Of a DNA stretch of 64,000 bases, positions 50,309 to 60,110 are shown in pieces (within the stretch, counting starts at the first letter, position 1; each line of letters starts with the position of its first letter). The notes under the pieces were generated by a model that saw nothing but the letters and a program-made list of their open reading frames with translations, did not search any database and was not told where the DNA came from. A program made the position numbers and the translations under genes. This stretch comes from Thermodesulfobacteriota bacterium (GTDB taxonomy: Bacteria; Desulfobacterota_D; UBA1144; Nemesobacterales; Mycalebacteriaceae), in contig OZ245366.1 in the NCBI GenBank assembly GCA_965226585.1, positions 608,001-672,000 of the forward strand, given 5' to 3'.

Positions 50309-50721
50309 TTGATTCGTTTCAAGTGTCGCCCTGATGCTTCAATCAGTCCGAGATGTTTTACAAACGGTTTGAAGTCTTTGTCTGAAAAGAGGAGTGGCAT
50401 TTTGTTTTCAATGCAGAAAGTGGCGATTATCACATCGGCGGTTTTGCGGATGGTTACGCCTTTGCCGCGCAGAAAGCGGAAGTTTCCGGCACACTTCAAA
50501 GCCATTTCCCGCCCCAGCATCTCGAACACTTCCAGAGCGTCAATTCTTTCAAATGCGGTTTTGTAACTCTTTTCGTCTTTGAAGCCCTGCAAGACTTCCA
50601 TAAGAATCAGGTCGCCCGTTACAACGGACGCTTCTTCAAGAGCGTTGTCAAGCGTTTCCGCCGGTCCGTTATCAGTTCCTCGAAAGTAGTCAATCCAGAC
50701 GCTTGAATCCGCCATAATCAT
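50305..50721 (-). CDS. vapC: VapC PIN-domain toxin
   Basis: ADSSVWIDY, EVLQG, TADVIIA, SDKDF acidic residues. Confidence 0.93.
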   Translation of the reverse strand: MIMADSSVWIDYFRGTDNGPAETLDNALEEASVVTGDLILMEVLQGFKDEKSYKTAFERIDALEVFEMLGREMALKCAGNFRFLRGKGVTIRKTADVIIATFCIENKMPLLFSDKDFKPFVKHLGLIEASGRHLKRIN

Positions 50722-50912
50722 CGGTCGGTTCTCATCTTGTCCAAATCACCGTGCCATTCAAGTTTGCCTCTGAGTTCTCTTATCCTCTGCTGGCTCTTAA
50801 CCTTCAAAACTGTTTTGAGGGAAAACTCAACCGCTTCCTTTTTGGTGCGAAGCCCGGTCGCCTTCAAGACATCTTTCATTAACTTGTCGTCAATCTCAAT
50901 GTTAGTCCGCAT
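50718..50912 (-). CDS. vapB: VapB antitoxin
   Basis: MRTNIEIDDKL...TKKEAVE...LRGKLEWHGDLDKMR; ATG at 50912 with GGAGG SD; ATGA overlap with vapC. Confidence 0.9.
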   Translation of the reverse strand: MRTNIEIDDKLMKDVLKATGLRTKKEAVEFSLKTVLKVKSQQRIRELRGKLEWHGDLDKMRTDR

Positions 50913-50935
50913 TCGTTTGTCCTCCCTGAGAGTGA

Positions 50936-50965
50936 ATGTGTATAGACTGTAGCAGTTATACACAT
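50936..50965. promoter_or_regulatory. Inverted repeat upstream of vapB, probable autoregulatory operator
   Basis: ATGTGTATA-G-ACTG-TAG-CAGT-TATACACAT, overlapping a candidate TTGACT-N18-TACAGT promoter on the minus strand. Confidence 0.7.
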
Positions 50966-50971
50966 CAGAAG

Positions 50972-52507
50972 TCAAACCGAGAAAAAACCGTTCATTGCTT
51001 CCGCAAGTCCTTCCGCTGTGTGTTTTTTTGCCACAACGGACGGAACAAAACCCGCGTCTTCAACTGTTTGCGCCGTTATCGGCCCTATGCAGGCGACCGC
51101 GCGGTCGCGCAAAACGGACGAGGCGTTTTTGAAAAGCGAAAGGAAATTCGTTGCCGATGACGAACTTGTGAATACAACCATATCGCACAACTCCATCTCC
51201 CGCTCCGCGGCTTTCATCTCCGCCGCTCCGTATTTTGGAACCCTCGTGCGGTAGCAGGACGCGGTTCTCACCTCAGCCCCCATTTTCAAAAGTCCTTCCG
51301 GCAAAGCGTCTCTGGCTTTTTCCGCCCTCGGAATGAAAAACACCTTTCCACGCACCTTGCGCTTTTTCATCTCGGCAAGCACACCCTCAGCCGTGTATCT
51401 GCGCGGCACAATGTCTGCCGCAACTCCGCGCGCTTCCAACGCTTCCGCCGTTTTACTGCCGATGGAAACCGTCTTCACACCGCCAAGAGCCCTCGCGTCA
51501 AGCCCGGCGCTTTTCATCCTTGCAAAGAAACGCTCAACGCCGTTCACGCTTGTGAACGTCAGAAAATCGCACGACCCGATGTCTTTTATAAGCCCGTCAA
51601 CCGGCTTCCATGACGCGGGCGGAACTATCTCTATGCACGGAAGACTCACAACCTCCGCGCCCGACTGCTGGAGAAGTTTGACAAAATCCGCCGACTGCCC
51701 GGAGGGTCTGGTAACAACAATCTTCTTTCCGAACAGCGGCTTTTTTTCAAACCAGTTCAGCTTGCCCCTCAAACTGACCGCTCCGCCAGCCATAACAACC
51801 GCCGGGGCAAAATCTTCACCCTCGGCGCGTATTTTCGCGCTTATGTTTTCAAGCGTGCCGACAACGGTTTTCTGCTTTCCCGTTGTTCCCCGCGAAGCAA
51901 CCATCACGGGCGTTTTGCGCGGTTTCTTGTTCCGCATAAGTTTTTTCGCTATCTCATCAATGTTGTTAAGCGACATAAGGAAAACAACCGTTTCCATCTG
52001 CGCGAGCCCTTTCCAGTTCAGGCGCGACTTTTTTCCGGGTTTCTCATGCCCCGTTACAACCGCGAAAGACGAGTTGAAATCCCTGTGCGTAAGCGGCACC
52101 CCGGAATACGCCGGAACAGAATGGACGGAACTTACCCCCGGAACAATCTCCACCGGAATTCCCGCAGACATCAACGCCTCGGTTTCCTCTCCGCCTCTGC
52201 CGAACACAAACGGGTCTCCGCCCTTCAGGCGCACAACCGTTTTTCCCCGCTTCGCCCTGTTTATAAGCAGACGGTTTATCCCGCTCTGCTCAATCGCCTT
52301 GAACCCTTTTTTCTTTCCCGCGAACACAATCTCCGCTCCGGGACGGGCGAATTCCAGAAGCGAATTGTTTGCCAGCGCGTCATACACAACAACATCCGCG
52401 CGCGCCAGCGCCTCCATTCCCTTCACGGTTATCAGCCCGGGGTCTCCCGGTCCCGCGCCGACCAGATAGACGGCGGACGCCCCATTCAGTTTTTTGCCGC
52501 TTTTCAT
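50972..52507 (-). CDS. cobA: Fused uroporphyrinogen-III C-methyltransferase / uroporphyrinogen-III synthase (CobA-HemD)
   Basis: LVGAGPGDPGLIT, RLKGGDPFVFGRGGEE; then VVTRP, FTSVNGV, FTSSS, CIGPITA. Confidence 0.95.
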   Translation of the reverse strand: MKSGKKLNGASAVYLVGAGPGDPGLITVKGMEALARADVVVYDALANNSLLEFARPGAEIVFAGKKKGFKAIEQSGINRLLINRAKRGKTVVRLKGGDPFVFGRGGEETEALMSAGIPVEIVPGVSSVHSVPAYSGVPLTHRDFNSSFAVVTGHEKPGKKSRLNWKGLAQMETVVFLMSLNNIDEIAKKLMRNKKPRKTPVMVASRGTTGKQKTVVGTLENISAKIRAEGEDFAPAVVMAGGAVSLRGKLNWFEKKPLFGKKIVVTRPSGQSADFVKLLQQSGAEVVSLPCIEIVPPASWKPVDGLIKDIGSCDFLTFTSVNGVERFFARMKSAGLDARALGGVKTVSIGSKTAEALEARGVAADIVPRRYTAEGVLAEMKKRKVRGKVFFIPRAEKARDALPEGLLKMGAEVRTASCYRTRVPKYGAAEMKAAEREMELCDMVVFTSSSSATNFLSLFKNASSVLRDRAVACIGPITAQTVEDAGFVPSVVAKKHTAEGLAEAMNGFFSV

Positions 52508-52557
52508 AATGACCCATTAGCAATAACAACGGGTGTGTTGTTGTCAAGGCGCGCCGC

Positions 52558-52585
52558 TTGACAACACCGCCTTTCTCTTTACCAT
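52558..52585 (+). promoter_or_regulatory. Putative promoter of the Spy/CpxP-like gene (TTGACA-N16-TACCAT)
   Basis: Perfect -35 forming one arm of the inverted repeat TGTTGTCAAG-N8-CTTGACAACA (52539-52566). Confidence 0.55.
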
Positions 52586-52621
52586 CACCGCAGGCGGCAG
52601 AACCGCCCGGAGGTATTTGTT

Positions 52622-53152
52622 ATGGATGGAAAACTTGGAAAAGCAGTCTCAATTGCCGCGATTTTTCTGTGTGTCGCGGTTGTGTCCGTTCCCGCCGCGC
52701 AAGCGGACGGCGGAGGATATTCGGGAGAAAAAAGTTTCTTTGACAAAGTCCGCGCGAAGTTCAGCGGAAAGAAGTGCGGAAAAAAGAAAACCGCCCTGTG
52801 GTGGAAAAATTCCAAAATGGTTGAGCGTCTTGAACTCACCGATGAACAGGTTGAGAGTCTGGACGGGATAGCCGAATCCTACCGCGAAAAGGTTTCCGAA
52901 GCTTACGAAACCGTCTCGGAAAAAAAGAACGAATACAAAGAACTTATGGCATCGGGAGACGCGACCTCAAGGCAGATAAAGGCGGCGGCGGAAAAAAAAT
53001 ACGACGCGGCAAGGGATAAAAAAATGCTCAAACTGGATATGCGTCTTGAGATGAGAGAGGTTCTCACCCCTGAGCAGAGAGAGACGCTTGCAGAGATAAA
53101 GAGCAAGAAGTGGGGCAAAAAGAAATGCGGCGGACGCGGCGGAAAATACTGA
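52622..53152 (+). CDS. Spy/CpxP-family periplasmic protein
   Basis: Signal peptide (AQA) and two LTxxQ motifs (LTDEQ, LTPEQ). Confidence 0.82.
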   Translation: MDGKLGKAVSIAAIFLCVAVVSVPAAQADGGGYSGEKSFFDKVRAKFSGKKCGKKKTALWWKNSKMVERLELTDEQVESLDGIAESYREKVSEAYETVSEKKNEYKELMASGDATSRQIKAAAEKKYDAARDKKMLKLDMRLEMREVLTPEQRETLAEIKSKKWGKKKCGGRGGKY

Positions 53153-53185
53153 CGGATTTTCCCGCCCTGTGAGGTCGGGTTACAT

Positions 53186-55198
53186 TTGAGCGGCTTCACT
53201 CTTCACAGCGAATTCAAGCCCGCGGGCGGACAGCCCGAAGCCATAGACGGCATTGTTTCGCGCCTGCGGGACGGCGTTTCAGACCAGGTGCTTCTCGGCG
53301 TAACCGGAAGCGGAAAAACCTTTACGGTCGCCAACGCCATAATGCGGACGGAGCGTCCAACTCTGATTCTCGCGCACAACAAGATACTCGCCGCCCAGCT
53401 CTACGGGGAGTTCAAAGAGCTTTTTCCCGATAACGCTGTCCACTATTTCATAAGTTACTACGACTACTATCAGCCGGAGGCGTATATTCCGCAGAGCAAC
53501 ATTTTCATAGAAAAAGATGTTGCCATCAACAGCCGTATAGACAGAATGAGGCACGCCGCCACAACCGCGCTTTTTGACCGGCGCGATGTGATAGTGGTGG
53601 CGAGCGTGTCCGCCATATACGGCATCGGGGCTCCTCAGGATTACTACGGAATGATGACCTTTGTTGAGCGCGGCGGGCGTATGGACAGAGACGATTTTCT
53701 TTCCTCTCTGGCGGCGGTTCAATATAAAAGAAGCGCGGAAATTCCGGCGCGGGGAACCTTCAGGGTTACGGGAGATGTTGTTGACGTTATGCCTTCGCAC
53801 GGCGAGGAGGAGGTTGTGCGGATACAGTTTTTCGGCGACACGGTTGAGAGCATAAACGCCGTGAACTGCGACACCGGGGCGGTCGCCCGCGAGATTGAAA
53901 AAACCGCTTTTTATCCGGCGTCCCACTATGTTGCGCCCAGAGAAAGACTGCTTGCGGCGATAGAATCCATAAAGCGGGAACTTGAGGAGAGAACGGAATA
54001 CTACACCCGGCGCGGAATGGAGGAGGAGAAAGCCAGAATCCGCGAGCGCACACTCAGAGACATTGAGTTTCTTGAGACGATGGGTTTCTGCCCCGGAATA
54101 GAAAACTACTCGCGCCACCTTTCGGGCAGGGAGGAAGGGGAGCCGCCGTTCACCCTGCTTGACTACTTCCCGGATGATTTCATCTGCGTTATAGACGAAA
54201 GCCATCAGACTGTTCCGCAGATACGCGGAATGTATGCGGGAGACAGAAGCAGAAAGACAACTCTGGTTGAGCACGGCTTCCGGCTTCCGTCCGCGATAGA
54301 CAATCGCCCGCTGAATTTTGACGAGTTCAGGCAGAGGGTCGGGCAGACGATTTATGTTTCCGCCACTCCGGCGGAATACGAGATGGAGAGGAGCGCGGGC
54401 GCGGTGGCGGAGCAGATAATCCGCCCGACCGGGCTTGCAGACCCCGGAGTTGAGGTGCGCCCCGCGGGCGGGCAGGTTGACGACCTGCTGGAAGAGATAC
54501 GCCTCGCCGCAAAGGCGTCTGAGCGGGTTCTGGTGTCCACGCTCACAAAAAAAATGGCGGAAGATTTGACCGATTGTTACAGGGAGGCGGGAGTGCGGGT
54601 GCGTTATATGCATTCCGAGATAGAGACGCTTGAGCGCGTGCGCATCATCCGCGATTTGAGAAGCGGCGAGTTTGACGTTCTTGTTGGCATCAACCTTTTG
54701 CGCGAAGGGCTTGATATTCCCGAAGTCGCTCTCTTTGCCGTGCTTGACGCAGACAGTGAAGGTTATCTGCGGAGCGAAACCTCTCTGATTCAGATGTTCG
54801 GCAGGGCGGCTAGAAACACCGCCGGAAGGGTCATAATGTATGCCGACAGAATAACGGGCTCAATGAAGGCGGCGATGGGGGAAACCGAAAGGCGCAGAAA
54901 GATACAGGTTGAATACAACCGGGAGCACGGCATAACCCCTTCGGACATAAAGAAAAATATCAACGGCGCGATGGGGCTTATGTGCGATTCCGACTATGTT
55001 GACCTTTCCTCAGGCGGAGACCGGGATGACATCGCGCCCGAGCGAATACCTTCGGAGATAAAAACCCTCACCTCGGAGATGAAGCGCGAGGCGGACGGAC
55101 TGGAGTTTGAAAAAGCGGCGGAGATACGCAAAAAGATACGCAGACTGAAAGAGATGGAAGCCGCCTACATCGCGGATATGAAGACCGAAGACTCGTAA
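53186..55198 (+). CDS. uvrB: Excinuclease ABC subunit B
   Basis: GVTGSGKT, YYDYYQPEAY, GIENYSRH, DESH, GINLLREGLD. Confidence 0.98.
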   Translation: MSGFTLHSEFKPAGGQPEAIDGIVSRLRDGVSDQVLLGVTGSGKTFTVANAIMRTERPTLILAHNKILAAQLYGEFKELFPDNAVHYFISYYDYYQPEAYIPQSNIFIEKDVAINSRIDRMRHAATTALFDRRDVIVVASVSAIYGIGAPQDYYGMMTFVERGGRMDRDDFLSSLAAVQYKRSAEIPARGTFRVTGDVVDVMPSHGEEEVVRIQFFGDTVESINAVNCDTGAVAREIEKTAFYPASHYVAPRERLLAAIESIKRELEERTEYYTRRGMEEEKARIRERTLRDIEFLETMGFCPGIENYSRHLSGREEGEPPFTLLDYFPDDFICVIDESHQTVPQIRGMYAGDRSRKTTLVEHGFRLPSAIDNRPLNFDEFRQRVGQTIYVSATPAEYEMERSAGAVAEQIIRPTGLADPGVEVRPAGGQVDDLLEEIRLAAKASERVLVSTLTKKMAEDLTDCYREAGVRVRYMHSEIETLERVRIIRDLRSGEFDVLVGINLLREGLDIPEVALFAVLDADSEGYLRSETSLIQMFGRAARNTAGRVIMYADRITGSMKAAMGETERRRKIQVEYNREHGITPSDIKKNINGAMGLMCDSDYVDLSSGGDRDDIAPERIPSEIKTLTSEMKREADGLEFEKAAEIRKKIRRLKEMEAAYIADMKTEDS

Positions 55199-55215
55199 AA
55201 ATACCGCCTTGTTCA

Positions 55216-55234
55216 CGCGCTCATTCGGAGCGCG
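55216..55234 (+). terminator. Hairpin after uvrB, possible weak terminator
   Basis: CGCGCTC-ATTCG-GAGCGCG followed by an AT-rich, but not poly-U, tail. Confidence 0.4.
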
Positions 55235-55250
55235 ATTCATATTTACTTCC

Positions 55251-55278
55251 TTGCTTAAAACCCCGTTTTCAGTAAAAT
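55251..55278 (+). promoter_or_regulatory. Putative rimP operon promoter (TTGCTT-N16-TAAAAT)
   Basis: Hexamers upstream of the rimP leader hairpin. Confidence 0.55.
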
Positions 55279-55303
55279 AACGCCAACAGCGATTGATTTT
55301 GCG

Positions 55304-55330
55304 AAAGCGGGTCTCGAGCCCGCTTTTGTA
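55304..55330 (+). promoter_or_regulatory. rimP leader hairpin (attenuator-like)
   Basis: AAAGCGGG-TCTCGAG-CCCGCTTT followed by TGTATT. A GGG/CCC terminator-like hairpin is a known feature upstream of rimP-nusA-infB. Confidence 0.7.
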
Positions 55331-55356
55331 TTGGCGGTCGCGAAAAAGGAGTCCGA

Positions 55357-55821
55357 ATGCGGAACGAAACGGACAGCGGGACGGTTGAAAGACTGTCTGA
55401 AATAGTTGAAGGCGTTGCCTCGGAAGCGGGATTTGAGGTTGTTGACTTGCGTCTCGCGGGCGGAAACGTGCTGATCTTTATAGACAAACCCGAAGGCGTG
55501 AACATAGGGCAGTGCGCGGATTTGAGCAGAGAAATAGGAGTTCTGATAGACATAGACGGAGTTATGGGCGATACGCCCTACAAACTTGAAGTGTCGTCTC
55601 CGGGGGCGGAGAGACCCCTCAAAAAACCGGCGGACTACGAAAGGTTCTGCGGCAGAAGGGTGAAGGTCAGAACAAAAGAGGTTTTCGCGGGGCGCACGGT
55701 ATTCACCGGACGCATAGAAGAAGCGGGAAACGGCATGGTTAAACTGGCGGCCGAAGATGCGGGCGAGTTTTCAATACCTTTTGACAGCATAGAAAAAGCA
55801 AATTTGAAGAGGGAGTTGTAA
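55357..55821 (+). CDS. rimP: Ribosome maturation factor RimP
   Basis: IFIDK, YKLEVSSPGAERPL, IEKANL. Confidence 0.95.
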   Translation: MRNETDSGTVERLSEIVEGVASEAGFEVVDLRLAGGNVLIFIDKPEGVNIGQCADLSREIGVLIDIDGVMGDTPYKLEVSSPGAERPLKKPADYERFCGRRVKVRTKEVFAGRTVFTGRIEEAGNGMVKLAAEDAGEFSIPFDSIEKANLKREL

Positions 55822-55826
55822 GTGTC

Positions 55827-57272
55827 ATGTCCACAGAGTTGAACAGAGTTATAGAGACGGTCGTAAAGGAAAAAAGCCTCCGCAAGCAGGAGGTTGTCAA
55901 AGCCGTTGAAGACGCGGTGATAAGCGCGGTTGAAAGCGTTATGAAGATAGATTCCGAATCCGGCGAGTTTGAGGTTCAATACAACGATGAGGAAGGGGTT
56001 GTTGAACTTTTCCGCTACAAAGACGTGGTCGCGGAGGTGTCAGACCCTCAGCGTCAGATAGACATCAAAAGGGCGAAAGAGTTTGACTCTGAAGCGGAAG
56101 AGGGCGAGGAGATAGGCGTAAGGGTGTGGACTTCCGGCGCCATTTCCGCAAAAGACGTGGAGTCTGAAGAAGAGGGCGGCTTGTTTTCGCACAAAGGTTT
56201 TACGCGGGTCGCCATTCACAACGCGAAACACAAAATTCTGCAAAAGGTGAAGGAAGCCGAAGGCAGGGTGATATATGAGGAGTTCATCAGCCGCAAGGGC
56301 ACGATAGTCAACGGCACGGTGAGAAGGATTGAGAGAAAAAGCATCGTGGTTGACCTCGGCAGAACCGAGGCGCTTCTTCCCTACTCGCACAAAGCGCCGA
56401 AAGAGTTTTACGAGCCCAAAGAGCGGATAAAAGCGCTTCTCTACGAGATTGACGAGGAGAAAAAAATCCCGCGCCTTATTCTTTCGCGGGTCGCTCCCGA
56501 TTTCGTCAAGCGGCTTTTTGAGAGCGAAGTTCCCGAAATAGCTGACGGAATAATTGAGATTAAGGAGATAGCCAGAGACCCCGGCTCGAGGATGAAGATA
56601 GCCGTATATTCGCACGATTCCGATGTTGACCCGGTCGGCGCGTGTGTGGGAATCAGGGGCGCGAGGGTTCAGAACATAATTCAGGAACTTCAGGGCGAGA
56701 GGATAGACATCGTTCCGTGGTCGGCAAATCTGGGGCGTTTTGTTTCAGACGCGCTTTCCCCCGCCGTTGTCAACAAGGTGATAATAGACGAAAACAACAA
56801 TCAGATGGAGGTTGTTGTTGACGAAGACCAGCTCACACTTGCGATAGGGCGCGGCGGGCAGAATGTGCGCCTCGCGTCAAACCTCATCGGGTGGAGAATT
56901 GACATCAAAACCGAAGACCAGATGAAGAAGGAGAAAGAAGCGTCTCTTGCCATGCTCTCGTCTCTGCCTTCAATCGGCAACGTGTCCGCCACACTTCTTT
57001 TCAGCGAGGGCTTCAGAAAACTGGAAGACATAGTGTTTGCCGACACCGAAAGCATCAAATCCATTCTCAAAGAATCCACAGACGAAGAGGTTGAGGAGAT
57101 GATCTCATTCGCGAGAGTCGCCCTTCAGGAAAGCGTGAAGGAGCAGACCGAACAGCAGGCGGCCGAAGCCGCGCCCGAAGATGATGAAGATGCGACCTCT
57201 TCCACACCCGCCGCCGGCGGAGAGCAAAAGACGGAGCAAAAAACGGAGGAACGGCCGGAACCGACCGGTTAG
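55827..57272 (+). CDS. nusA: Transcription termination factor NusA
   Basis: S1 and KH domains: ARDPGSRMKIAV, DPVGACVG, LAIGRGGQNVRLA; C-terminal HhH-like region. Confidence 0.97.
   Translation: MSTELNRVIETVVKEKSLRKQEVVKAVEDAVISAVESVMKIDSESGEFEVQYNDEEGVVELFRYKDVVAEVSDPQRQIDIKRAKEFDSEAEEGEEIGVRVWTSGAISAKDVESEEEGGLFSHKGFTRVAIHNAKHKILQKVKEAEGRVIYEEFISRKGTIVNGTVRRIERKSIVVDLGRTEALLPYSHKAPKEFYEPKERIKALLYEIDEEKKIPRLILSRVAPDFVKRLFESEVPEIADGIIEIKEIARDPGSRMKIAVYSHDSDVDPVGACVGIRGARVQNIIQELQGERIDIVPWSANLGRFVSDALSPAVVNKVIIDENNNQMEVVVDEDQLTLAIGRGGQNVRLASNLIGWRIDIKTEDQMKKEKEASLAMLSSLPSIGNVSATLLFSEGFRKLEDIVFADTESIKSILKESTDEEVEEMISFARVALQESVKEQTEQQAAEAAPEDDEDATSSTPAAGGEQKTEQKTEERPEPTG
57222..57245 (+). repeat. 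12-bp in-frame tandem duplication in the nusA tail (EQKT x2)
   Basis: GAGCAAAAGACG GAGCAAAAAACG. Confidence 0.6.
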
Positions 57273-57302
57273 CGCCGGAGCCCGCGCTTCTGTGCGAAGG
57301 AA

Positions 57303-59738
57303 ATGAAATCAAAAAGAGTATATGAACTTGCCAAAGAGTTCGGCGTTGAAGGCAAAGACATAATAGCCGCCGCCAAAGAAATTGGCGTCCGTTTTTCAAC
57401 AAGTTCAAACGCGGTTGACGCCACCACCGAGGACAGGTTGAGAAACATCTTTAACTCCGCTCAAGCCGCCGCTTCTCAAAAACCCCCGGATGAAGACGGA
57501 CAGCAGGCGGACGGAAAGAAAGTTGTCATAGATTCAGCGGACGGGAAGATTACCGAAAAACGTTCGGCGGACAGAGTTGTCCGGCGCAGAAAGAAAGCCG
57601 ACAAAGCCCCGGACGCTCCCGAAACGGAGGAGGCGGAAGCCGCTCAACCTGAAGAATCCGCCGCTTCTGCGGAAACTCCGCCCGCTTCTGCGGAGACGCC
57701 CGCAAAAGCCGCGCCCAAGAAAGCCGCCGCTCCGAAAAAGGAGAAAGAGGCGGAAGAGTTTGACCCTGAAAAAGAGAAACTCGCCCAGCAGATGAAAGCC
57801 GCTCTGGCTCCAAGTTTGAAACACGAAAAGCTTTCCTCTCCGCCACAGCCCAGAGTTGCCGGACGCAAAAAAGAGTATGTTGTTGATGAAAAAAATCTCC
57901 GCAGAAAACAGATTCCCAGAAAGAAAAGACCCATGCCGGGGCAGACTCCTTCGGCTCCGTCTCCCGCCGCTCCGCCCGCCGGGAAAAAGAGTGTTACCAT
58001 CGGGGAAACCATAATGCTTGACGACCTTGCGCGCCGTATGGAGGTGAAACTTCAGGACGTGAGGGCAAAGGCGAGAGGGCTTGGCGTTGACACGCGCTCC
58101 CGCAATCCGTTTGACTACGAAGTTGCCACCCTGATAGCGGCGGAATACGGTCTTGAGGTTGAGGTGGACAGGTTTGACGAGAGCATCTATCTGGACGATG
58201 CCGGGGCGGGTTTCGGTTCTGAAGAGCCGCGTCCTCCGGTTGTAAGCGTTATGGGGCATGTTGACCACGGAAAAACCACCCTGCTCGACACCCTGCGAAA
58301 CGCAAGCGTTGCCCCCGGAGAGGCGGGCGGAATCACACAGCACATCGGGGCGTACAAGGTCAAATCCGGCGACAGAGAGATAGTGTTCATAGACACTCCG
58401 GGACACGAAGCGTTCACGGCGATGAGGGCGCGAGGGGCTGGCATAAACGATTTGGCGATACTGGTTGTCGCCGCAGATGACGGCGTGAAAGAGCAGACGG
58501 TTGAGGCAATCAGCCACGCGAAAGCGGCGGGAGTTCCCGCCATTGTTGCCGTCAACAAAATAGACAAAGAGGGCGCGGACACGGAAAACGTAAAAAGGCA
58601 GTTGTCCGAACACGGGCTTGTGTCTGAAGAGTGGGGCGGCGACACGTTGTTTGCGGAAATATCCGCGAAAACCGGCGAAGGGCTTAAAGACCTTCTTGAA
58701 CTCATAATTCTTCAGGCGGATATTCTTGAACTGAAAGCGCCGGGCACGGGGCAGGCGCGCGGGATTGTTCTTGAATCGCGTCTTGACAAGGGGCGCGGGG
58801 CGATAGCGGATGTGATTGTTACAAAGGGCAGTCTGAAAGTTGGCGACCAAATGGTGGCGGGGCTTTTCAGCGGAAAGATACGCGCGCTTTCAGATGAAAG
58901 CGGCTCAAAAGCTGTAAACGCGGGACCCTCAATGCCGGTGGAGGTTATGGGGCTTTCCGGAGTGCCGGACGCGGGAGAAAACTTTTACATAGTCGGAGAC
59001 GAGAAAACCGCCCGCGCCATAGTTGAAAACCGGCGCACGGAAGCCGAGCAGAAAGATGCCCCGTCTGTTCCCCAGCCCCTGTCTCTTGACTCAATAGAGA
59101 TGACGAACCCGCCCGAAGAAAAAGGCAAGGAACTCGCCCTTGTCATCAAAGCAGACACTCAGGGTTCGCTTGAGGCGATTAAAGATTCCATCGCGAAAAT
59201 AGATTCTGACAAATGCTCAATAAAAATCGCGCACTCGGCGGCGGGCGGCATAAGCGGCACGGATGTTGAACTCGCCTACGTGACAGACGCGGTGATATTC
59301 GGCTTCAACGTCCGCCCCGATTCAAAAGCGGCGGCAGACGCAGACAAGCGGGAAGTGGCGGTGGAAACGTATTCCATCGTGTACGAGATTGTGGAAAGAG
59401 TAAAACAGATGATGGAGGGAATGCTTGACCCCGTGATTGAAGAGGAAACGATTGGACACGCGCAGGTGAAAGAGGTTTTCCGTATGTCGGGGCAGAAGAT
59501 TATCGCGGGCTGTTTTGTTGATGACGGCAAGGTTCAGAGAGGGGAGAGCGTTCGCATAGTGAGAGAGGGCGCGGTTGTGTACGAGAGCAAAGTCGGCTCG
59601 CTAAAACGTTTCAAAGACGATGTGAGAGAGGTGCAGTCGGGCTACGAATGCGGACTCACGATAGAGAATTTCAACGATGTAAAAGTGGGAGATGTGCTTG
59701 AGGTGTACTCCGTGAAGGAAACCGCACAGCAACTTTGA
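57303..59738 (+). CDS. infB: Translation initiation factor IF-2
   Basis: [41 protein letters not shown]. Confidence 0.98.
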   Translation: MKSKRVYELAKEFGVEGKDIIAAAKEIGVRFSTSSNAVDATTEDRLRNIFNSAQAAASQKPPDEDGQQADGKKVVIDSADGKITEKRSADRVVRRRKKADKAPDAPETEEAEAAQPEESAASAETPPASAETPAKAAPKKAAAPKKEKEAEEFDPEKEKLAQQMKAALAPSLKHEKLSSPPQPRVAGRKKEYVVDEKNLRRKQIPRKKRPMPGQTPSAPSPAAPPAGKKSVTIGETIMLDDLARRMEVKLQDVRAKARGLGVDTRSRNPFDYEVATLIAAEYGLEVEVDRFDESIYLDDAGAGFGSEEPRPPVVSVMGHVDHGKTTLLDTLRNASVAPGEAGGITQHIGAYKVKSGDREIVFIDTPGHEAFTAMRARGAGINDLAILVVAADDGVKEQTVEAISHAKAAGVPAIVAVNKIDKEGADTENVKRQLSEHGLVSEEWGGDTLFAEISAKTGEGLKDLLELIILQADILELKAPGTGQARGIVLESRLDKGRGAIADVIVTKGSLKVGDQMVAGLFSGKIRALSDESGSKAVNAGPSMPVEVMGLSGVPDAGENFYIVGDEKTARAIVENRRTEAEQKDAPSVPQPLSLDSIEMTNPPEEKGKELALVIKADTQGSLEAIKDSIAKIDSDKCSIKIAHSAAGGISGTDVELAYVTDAVIFGFNVRPDSKAAADADKREVAVETYSIVYEIVERVKQMMEGMLDPVIEEETIGHAQVKEVFRMSGQKIIAGCFVDDGKVQRGESVRIVREGAVVYESKVGSLKRFKDDVREVQSGYECGLTIENFNDVKVGDVLEVYSVKETAQQL
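57661..57702 (+). repeat. 21-bp in-frame tandem duplication in the IF-2 linker (ASAETP x2)
   Basis: CCGCTTCTGCGGAAACTCCGC CCGCTTCTGCGGAGACGCCCG. Confidence 0.7.
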
Positions 59739-59750
59739 CGGGAGACGCAG

Positions 59751-60110
59751 GTGGGCGGCGGAAGCGGACTTAGTTATGAGAGAAGGGAGCGGGTGAAAGA
59801 CCTTATCATGAGGGAGATAGCCCGCATAATAAGCGAGGGCAACATAAGAGACAGGCGTGTTTCCGGCGCGGTTATAACGGATATTTCGCTTTCAAGGGAT
59901 ATGTCTTACGCGAAGGTGTTTTTTACAAATATGAAAGGCGGCGGCAATGAGGCGATGGAAAAGGCGTTTGAAAAACTGTCGGGGTTTTTCCGCAGGCAGA
60001 TAGCTGGACGGCTGGATATGAGAAAGGTTCCCGAAATACAGTTTGTTCCCGATGACGTGGCGCAATCCGCCCGCAGAGTGGACGACATACTGAGACGGAC
60101 TGAAAATTGA
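59751..60110 (+). CDS. rbfA: Ribosome-binding factor A
   Basis: RRERV, IRDRRV, SRDMSYAKVF, RKVPEIQF; follows infB. Confidence 0.92.
   Translation: MGGGSGLSYERRERVKDLIMREIARIISEGNIRDRRVSGAVITDISLSRDMSYAKVFFTNMKGGGNEAMEKAFEKLSGFFRRQIAGRLDMRKVPEIQFVPDDVAQSARRVDDILRRTEN

Noticed and set aside
53153..53186. LexA/SOS box upstream of uvrB or of the recA operon
   Set aside because: No recognisable SOS palindrome; the lineage's LexA motif is unknown to me.
53279..54613. Long antisense ORF (444 aa) opposite uvrB; likewise 3984-5099, 22435-23319, 51333-52469 and 57534-58850
   Set aside because: Shadow frames of well-conserved genes, produced by codon bias; no recognisable motifs.
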